Below are positions 26,701 to 32,000 of a stretch of DNA of 32,000 nucleotides, piece after piece. Made by a program: the position numbers and the translations under genes. This stretch comes from Ignicoccus pacificus DSM 13166 (GTDB lineage Archaea; Thermoproteota; Thermoprotei_A; Sulfolobales; Ignicoccaceae): NCBI GenBank assembly GCA_025340205.1, contig CP006868.1, forward strand, positions 1,290,001 to 1,322,000. Direction: 5' to 3'. The notes under the pieces are model-generated. The model saw only the letters and a list, made by a program, of their open reading frames with translations. It ran no database searches and was not told the DNA's origin. Each line of letters opens with the position of its first letter. Within the stretch, counting starts at the first letter, position 1.

Positions 26701-27759
26701 GTGAAAGAGGCTCTGAAGTGGTTCGAGGAGATGCACGGAAAGTGCTGGTTCGAAGGGAAATGGCTAATAAAGCAAGAGATGGAGACCGACCCTAGGTACG
26801 GCAAGTATCCTTGGGAGAGGGACGTCAACGAGCTCTTGGAGCTGGGAGTAATAAACTTGGATAAGCCCCCGGGACCTACCTCCCACGAGGTAGTTGCTTG
26901 GATCAAGAAGATGTTCAACTTGGAAAAGGCGGGTCACGGAGGAACATTGGACCCCAAGGTAACCGGCGTTCTCCCTGTTGCCTTAGCGGAAGCTACCAAG
27001 GTAATCCACTACGTCATGCTTTCCGGAAAGGAATACGTAATGGTAATTCAGTTCCACGACGCCGTTAAGGAGCAGGACGTTATAGAGAACCTCAAATACC
27101 TAGTAGGAGAGATCTACCAGAGGCCTCCTCTCAGGAGCAGCGTGAAGAGGCAGTTGAGGACCAAGAAGGTGTATTACATCCATTTAATAGAATTCTATCC
27201 TGAAAGAAGAATGGCTCTAGTAAGGGTAGGATCTGAAAGCGGAACTTACATGAGGAAGATCGCACATGATCTAGGATTGCTCTTGGGCACCGGCGCGCAC
27301 ATGAGGGAGCTGAGGAGGACCAGAAGCGGTCCCTTCCACGAGGAGTACAACCTAGTCAGGATGCAAGAGCTGAGCGAGGCCAAGTTCCTCTGGGATCACT
27401 TGAAGGACGATAGCTTACTGAAGAAGTACATAATGCCTTGCGAATATGCTGTCTGCCACATGCAGAAGATAATGGTAGGCGATGGGGCAGTTGATGCTAT
27501 AGCTCATGGAGCCCACGTAGCTGCTCCCGGAGTTGCAGCTCTAACTGATGGAATAAAGAAGGGAGACGTGGTTGCGATAGTAAGCTTGAAGGGAGAGCTG
27601 GTGGCAATAGCTCAAGCCCTAGCTAGCTCCAAGGAGATAATGGAAATGGAGAAGGGATGGGTCGCTAAGACCAAGAGGGTAATTATGAAAAGGGGAGTGT
27701 ATCCGAGCGTTTGGAAGAAAGAGAAGGAGATGAAGAGATCAAGCGGCTCCGAGGGGTGA
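26701..27759 (+). CDS. cbf5: tRNA/rRNA pseudouridine synthase Cbf5 (H/ACA RNP catalytic subunit)
   Basis: 'LDKPPGPTSHEVVAWIKK', 'GHGGTLDPKVTGVLPVAL' catalytic motif, 'VYQRPPLRSSVKRQLRTKKVY'-like, PUA region 'GDGAVDAIAHGAHVAAPGV'. Confidence 0.97.
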   Translation: MKEALKWFEEMHGKCWFEGKWLIKQEMETDPRYGKYPWERDVNELLELGVINLDKPPGPTSHEVVAWIKKMFNLEKAGHGGTLDPKVTGVLPVALAEATKVIHYVMLSGKEYVMVIQFHDAVKEQDVIENLKYLVGEIYQRPPLRSSVKRQLRTKKVYYIHLIEFYPERRMALVRVGSESGTYMRKIAHDLGLLLGTGAHMRELRRTRSGPFHEEYNLVRMQELSEAKFLWDHLKDDSLLKKYIMPCEYAVCHMQKIMVGDGAVDAIAHGAHVAAPGVAALTDGIKKGDVVAIVSLKGELVAIAQALASSKEIMEMEKGWVAKTKRVIMKRGVYPSVWKKEKEMKRSSGSEG

Positions 27760-27834
27760 GGAGGGGTAGAGTCCCTGACTTTCTCTCTATAAAACTTATT
27801 AACTTCTATGTAACATAGAAAATCGGGAGGAGTC

Positions 27835-28485
27835 GTGCTAGGTCTCTTGAGACAAGGCATGGCACTGGCTCGTTACATAGAGTATTTAGAAACTCTGAAG
27901 TCCCACGTTCCCGGCTCCCACCTAATAGCGTTCGTCACCAATCCCTCTTCCCCCGCTCCCATATCAGACGTCTCCTTTGCCACGTTGCTGGTCAGGAAGC
28001 TCTCGGCGATACCTCAAAGGGAGATATGGATTCACCTAGCCGCCTTTGGAGGCGAGCTTTCCGCCGTGGCATCTCTCAGAGCATTCAAGATGGGATCAAA
28101 CAAGAGGATAAGGGTGATCGCTCCAACTAGGCTCGGAGCGACTGCAACCCTGCTCAGCTTGAGCGTAGCAGATGAGATATACGTGGCCTCCTCAACCATA
28201 GTGGATCCGCCTAGGATAAACCACCTCGACGAATCCCTCTCGAAGACCATAGCTCTATGGATGGAAGAATGGGGAGACATAGCAGAGGAGTTCCTAAAGG
28301 CGAACCTTCCTATTAATGGAAAGCATCTCAAGGAGCTCCTTGGAGAGAACGTTAAGACTCTTGAAGAGTATCCAGATGTGTTTAGGGAAAGCGTAATGTT
28401 TGAAAAAGAGGCCCAAGATGTTCTCTTTAGGGAAAGGAAGTCGGGACTACTTATACTTGATAGGAAGGAGATGTTTTTCCTCTAA
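27835..28485 (+). CDS. ClpP/SDH-serine-dehydrogenase-proteinase-like fold protein
   Basis: 'REIWIHLAAFGGELSAVASL', 'RIRVIAPTRLGATATLLSLSVADEIYVASSTIVDPPR' resembles the SDH-proteinase/ClpP-like family. Confidence 0.6.
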   Translation: MLGLLRQGMALARYIEYLETLKSHVPGSHLIAFVTNPSSPAPISDVSFATLLVRKLSAIPQREIWIHLAAFGGELSAVASLRAFKMGSNKRIRVIAPTRLGATATLLSLSVADEIYVASSTIVDPPRINHLDESLSKTIALWMEEWGDIAEEFLKANLPINGKHLKELLGENVKTLEEYPDVFRESVMFEKEAQDVLFRERKSGLLILDRKEMFFL

Positions 28486-28903
28486 GGCCCTCGGGGACCC
28501 GTGACCCCTCTTCACCGCTCCGCCCAGTATGCGCTCTTCATCGGGCTCTTGCGCGACCCAGTATTCATGAAGCTCGAAGATCCCTATTGCTGAGACTATA
28601 TAACTCAAAGGGAATAGGAAACGGGTGCCTCTCGTCATAACGTGGAGCATCTAAAGAGTATAAGTAATTATCCTAATGAATTTCGAGTACGTGAAGGCTT
28701 CTAACTGCTATCACCGATGCCGTGAAGGGTTCAAATAAAGTTGGGTTTCGACCAACTAATTGAAAATGATCTAGGCACGAAGATCTTATTATGAAGAAGG
28801 TTCATTAGAAAGAAATCAGGGAGATTTAGCTCAGGAGATCACATTCATTATTGTTGTAAACGCTTATACGGATCAAGCGCTCCTTAGTAACCGGGTTACT
28901 ACG

Positions 28904-29176
28904 TTGTCTGCGATAAAAGTAGGTAGACCCTATAAAGAAGTGCTTGAGCAGATGTTGAGGGACCTCGAGAGGAGGGGGATCAAGTTAACGCAGAAGGAAT
29001 TGATAGAGAGGCTGATACTAGCCGCTGCAAATGAAGAGAGGTGGTTGGAGAGTGTCATTTGGAAGTCCTTGAGCTTTGAGGAAGCGGAGGCGCTTCTCGA
29101 TGACCTTGAAGTTGACTTAGGCGTTGAGGATACTAAAAGCGACATGGTGAGGAGGCTTTACTCCGGTACTGATTGA
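28904..29176 (+). CDS. Predicted antitoxin (VapB-like), partner of the downstream PIN gene
   Basis: Small charged protein ('KVGRPYKEVLEQMLRDLERRGIKLTQKELIERLILAA') directly upstream of and overlapping a PIN frame. Confidence 0.6.
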   Translation: MSAIKVGRPYKEVLEQMLRDLERRGIKLTQKELIERLILAAANEERWLESVIWKSLSFEEAEALLDDLEVDLGVEDTKSDMVRRLYSGTD

Positions 29177-29543
29177 CTCGAGCGTGTTGCTGGCGGCTCT
29201 CAACAAGAAGGATAGAAATCATCGAAAGGCGAGGAAGGACTTAATCGAGATACTTACGAGTTCCCACAAGTATCCTTTGGTAAGCGATTACGTGCTGGAT
29301 GAGTGCTACACGTACCTCGCTTATAGAGTACCCGAGAAGTTAGAGCCCTTCGATAACCTAGTGAATAGGTTCATAATAATACCAGTCGGGATAAATACCT
29401 TCTTCAAGGCGAAAGAAGTATTCAAGAGATTTTACCCGAGGCTTAGCTTCACGGATGCGACGACAGCAGTACTGGCGAAGGACTTAGGCGCTGAGCTGCT
29501 AACGTACGACGAAAGTCTTCTCAAGGTCTTCTTCAGTTTGTAA
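29169..29543 (+). CDS. PIN-domain toxin (VapC-like), start codon uncertain
   Basis: Frame reads L-I-D-S-S-V-L-L-A-A-L-N-K-K-D-R-N-H...'VSDYVLDECYTYLA'...'SFTDATTAVLAKDLGAELLTYDESL'. The conserved N-terminal Asp lies upstream of the GTG at 29184 used in the ORF track. Confidence 0.8.
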   Translation: MIDSSVLLAALNKKDRNHRKARKDLIEILTSSHKYPLVSDYVLDECYTYLAYRVPEKLEPFDNLVNRFIIIPVGINTFFKAKEVFKRFYPRLSFTDATTAVLAKDLGAELLTYDESLLKVFFSL

Positions 29544-29913
29544 AGGATCCTCTTCAGTAATAACTGCATAGATCATAAACAAAAACATTGTAGTTACCAA
29601 AGCTCTAAAGCCGTAGCACGAGAGCTTCTAAAATCCCACTGAAGGATATACCAATTAATTGCTTTTCAATAAGACAGTGGTCCTTATCATTATTGATAAA
29701 AAGTAAGGAAGGCAATTTGCGGTAACATGGGCTTGGAGGTTGTAAAGGAGTAGGGTGGGGTAATTAATGTATCATCAACCATTGCTTCTTTTATGTTACA
29801 ATATCCAAAGGTTACTGTAATTGAGCAACAGAGGGATGCTAGGAGGTGCGTATCCGAGAGGCTGAAAAGCGCTAAACGTTCCGTTTTTACCTATTGCCCC
29901 TTCAGCCTGAAGT

Positions 29914-31446
29914 TCAGCATGCATTCAAGAACATCTCCTTGGCTTTTTCCACTCCTATAGCCTTTATCAGTCTCCCAGCTCTAGGTCCTCTGTCCTTGTC
30001 CAGCAGCGCCTTGTAGACGAACTTGAAGGCTTCCTTACCGCTTAGTCCCATCTCCCTAGCTACGTCATAGACCAAGTTGTGTATTTCTACAGCGTCCATA
30101 TCCTCCTTGAGCTTCTCAGTCAACCTCTTCAGGAACTCACACCCCCTCGGATCCTCTACCTTACCTTGCTTAACCTCAACCTTGTATTCCTCCGGAACGA
30201 AGCCTCTCTTGATCCACTCCTCCACGAAGGGAGCTAAGTCCTCAACCGCTTGAGGGTCTCCGGTCAGCTCCTTCACCTTCTCCCAATCTCTATAGATCTG
30301 GTAGTAGACGAGGAGGTCGGCAAAGCCGGCCTTCCATACCTTCGCTCCGCTCAGCTCCCAAGCCTTCCTCCTCTTCGGATCCTTGTCCTCGCCTAAGGCG
30401 ACCCTCCTGTACTCCTCGTATAGGAGGAGCAAGAACCTCGGATTCATCTTGAAGTTCTTGTTCTCCTTTATATCATGCTTTAGTATGAAGTACATTATTA
30501 CGGAGGGGTGAAGCAGCGCCATTATCTCATGTAGAGCTCCTATTCCCTTGCTCTTGCTCATCTTCTTTCCATCCATGAGGACGAATCCGTACCTAAATCC
30601 TACTGGGGGCTCCTTTCCGAATATCTCCCTGTGTATCCTCTTCGCGGTGTCCCAAGATCCTCCCTTTGTGAAGTGGTCCACTCCACCTCCTTCGGAGTCA
30701 ACTCCTAGGAAGTCTTGGCGGGAAGGCCAATCCAATCTCCAAGCGAGCTTCCAGCGGTGGGAGGAGACCTCCCTAACGCCTTCGTGACCGCAAGCCTCAC
30801 ACTTGTAGTATATCTTGTCGTCCTCCACCTTAGTTACCTTGGTCTTATCTATCCTACCGCACTTCTCACATATAGGCTTTATGAAGCCCCACCAGTCCTC
30901 TGGAAGCTTTCTCATGGCCGTCTCTTCCATAATCTTTTTCACCTTATCCCTCTCCTTCACGAATAGCCTTAGGTAGTCGTCGTACCACCCTTCCTTGTAG
31001 AGCTCCGAGGCCCTGAACACCTCGTCTGGCTTTATACCGAACTTATCCATGAGCTCCAAGAACTCCGCTAAGAAGTGCTCTCCGTAGCTGTTATGACAGC
31101 CATAAGGATCTGGGACCTCGGCCAGCGGCTTGCCCAAGTAAGGCTTCAGCATTTCTTCTTTATCCTTTAGCGTTAAGGGTATGTCGTCGAAGGCATCCAT
31201 TATATCGGCCACGAATATGAACTCCGCGTCGTAGCCCCTCCTCCTCAGCTCCTGAACTATGGAATAGGGATAGATGAACTCGCTCAAGGTGCCCAAGTGA
31301 GCGGGTCCGGAGGTGGTGAGTCCCGAAGCTACGATGAATGCCTTCCCCTTTCTCTTCTCTATTATCTCGTCCGCTATCTTCTTCAGCCAGTCCACTCTGG
31401 CTCCACCGCCATGAGTTCTTGGAAGCGCTTTAATGGACTCGTTCAC
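29914..31446 (-). CDS. lysS: Class I lysyl-tRNA synthetase
   Basis: 'ASGLTTSGPAHLGTLSEF' (HIGH-like), 'DGKKMSKSKGIG' (KMSKS), zinc-like 'CEKCGRID..CEACG'; class I LysRS architecture. Confidence 0.95.
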   Translation of the reverse strand: MNESIKALPRTHGGGARVDWLKKIADEIIEKRKGKAFIVASGLTTSGPAHLGTLSEFIYPYSIVQELRRRGYDAEFIFVADIMDAFDDIPLTLKDKEEMLKPYLGKPLAEVPDPYGCHNSYGEHFLAEFLELMDKFGIKPDEVFRASELYKEGWYDDYLRLFVKERDKVKKIMEETAMRKLPEDWWGFIKPICEKCGRIDKTKVTKVEDDKIYYKCEACGHEGVREVSSHRWKLAWRLDWPSRQDFLGVDSEGGGVDHFTKGGSWDTAKRIHREIFGKEPPVGFRYGFVLMDGKKMSKSKGIGALHEIMALLHPSVIMYFILKHDIKENKNFKMNPRFLLLLYEEYRRVALGEDKDPKRRKAWELSGAKVWKAGFADLLVYYQIYRDWEKVKELTGDPQAVEDLAPFVEEWIKRGFVPEEYKVEVKQGKVEDPRGCEFLKRLTEKLKEDMDAVEIHNLVYDVAREMGLSGKEAFKFVYKALLDKDRGPRAGRLIKAIGVEKAKEMFLNAC

Positions 31447-31999
31447 GATATTCCTCCTGTTTTAACATGTTTTGCACTACTTGCAAAGCGGAGTCATCTT
31501 CCTTTAGCAACTCCCTTGCCATCTCTAACACTTTCCTTCTTTCCTCTCCTTGATATTCTAAAGCTAGGGAAACCAAATCGAGAGCCAATGGTCTATATTG
31601 ATAGTATGGAGGATCGAACTCCCTTTTGTTGTCTATTGTTCTATCGCCCTTTGATCCGATTGTCTTGTAGAAGTAAACGGTACCGTCTTCTAGTCCAAGA
31701 ACCAGCGTAGAGTTCTTCCAATCGAGACCCAAGACCCTTGAAGGGTACCTTTTTTCTATTACTTTATTGAAATTCCTATCAAATATCAATAAACGTTTAT
31801 TATTGTAATCACTTACGGCGAAATACTTACAGTTCGCAGAAAAGGATACTCTCCATCCGCCATTAAGTCCAACGATCTCCTTTACTATTTCGAATTTCTT
31901 ATTGAACGCAAATATGGAGTTTTCTGTACTAACCAGCAACATGTCTTCACAAGCATCAGCATCCCATGCTATTTCACCTAACCTTATTTCTTTAATCAA
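31430..31999 (-). CDS. Beta-propeller-repeat protein (5' end outside window)
   Basis: 'WRVSFSANCKYFAVSDYNNKRLLIFDRNFNKVIEKRYPSRVLGLDWKNSTLVLGLEDGTVYFYKT' matches the repeat pattern in the exported propellers; its stop overlaps the LysRS start by 17 bp. Confidence 0.65.
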   Translation of the reverse strand: MIKEIRLGEIAWDADACEDMLLVSTENSIFAFNKKFEIVKEIVGLNGGWRVSFSANCKYFAVSDYNNKRLLIFDRNFNKVIEKRYPSRVLGLDWKNSTLVLGLEDGTVYFYKTIGSKGDRTIDNKREFDPPYYQYRPLALDLVSLALEYQGEERRKVLEMARELLKEDDSALQVVQNMLKQEEYRERVH

Positions 32000-32000
32000 G

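Noticed and set aside
28447-28650. 67-aa minus-strand ORF
   Set aside because: Overlaps the end of the ClpP-like gene and has no recognisable domain; insufficient support.
1-32000. CRISPR array or Cas genes
   Set aside because: No regularly spaced 24-37 bp direct repeats and no Cas-like proteins were seen; the only clear short DNA repeats are the tRNA-Asp fragments.

Overview
This window looks like hyperthermophilic crenarchaeal (Desulfurococcales-like) chromosome. That placement is inferred from gene content and codon style, not from a database search. Core genes: a split archaeal glutamate synthase (glutaminase domain cut by the window edge, then a GXGXG-ferredoxin-FMN fusion), a CoA-disulfide-reductase-like flavoprotein, tRNA-Asp(GTC), tRNA-Val(GAC), cbf5, class I lysyl-tRNA synthetase and a ClpP/SDH-like protein. 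Accessory content falls into three blocks. (1) 4.7-7.9 kb: three same-strand toxin-antitoxin modules downstream of tRNA-Asp. The first two are punctuated by a perfect 45-bp copy and then a degenerate copy of the tRNA 3' half, which looks like serial integration scars. (2) 8.2-22.6 kb: a cluster of very large Thr/Val-rich exported proteins carrying Cys-containing beta-propellers, interleaved with PaREP1/HEPN-like small genes. (3) 24.9-26.7 kb: a Ro60/TROVE-like protein with a degenerate vWA metal site, flanked by tRNA-Val and by a ~77-nt GC-rich hairpin element with its own TATA-like box, directly upstream of cbf5. Block 3 is the best candidate for an undescribed RNA-based system: an archaeal Ro ribonucleoprotein, or alternatively an H/ACA-like guide RNA. 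No CRISPR array, rRNA or recognisable transposase/integrase was seen.
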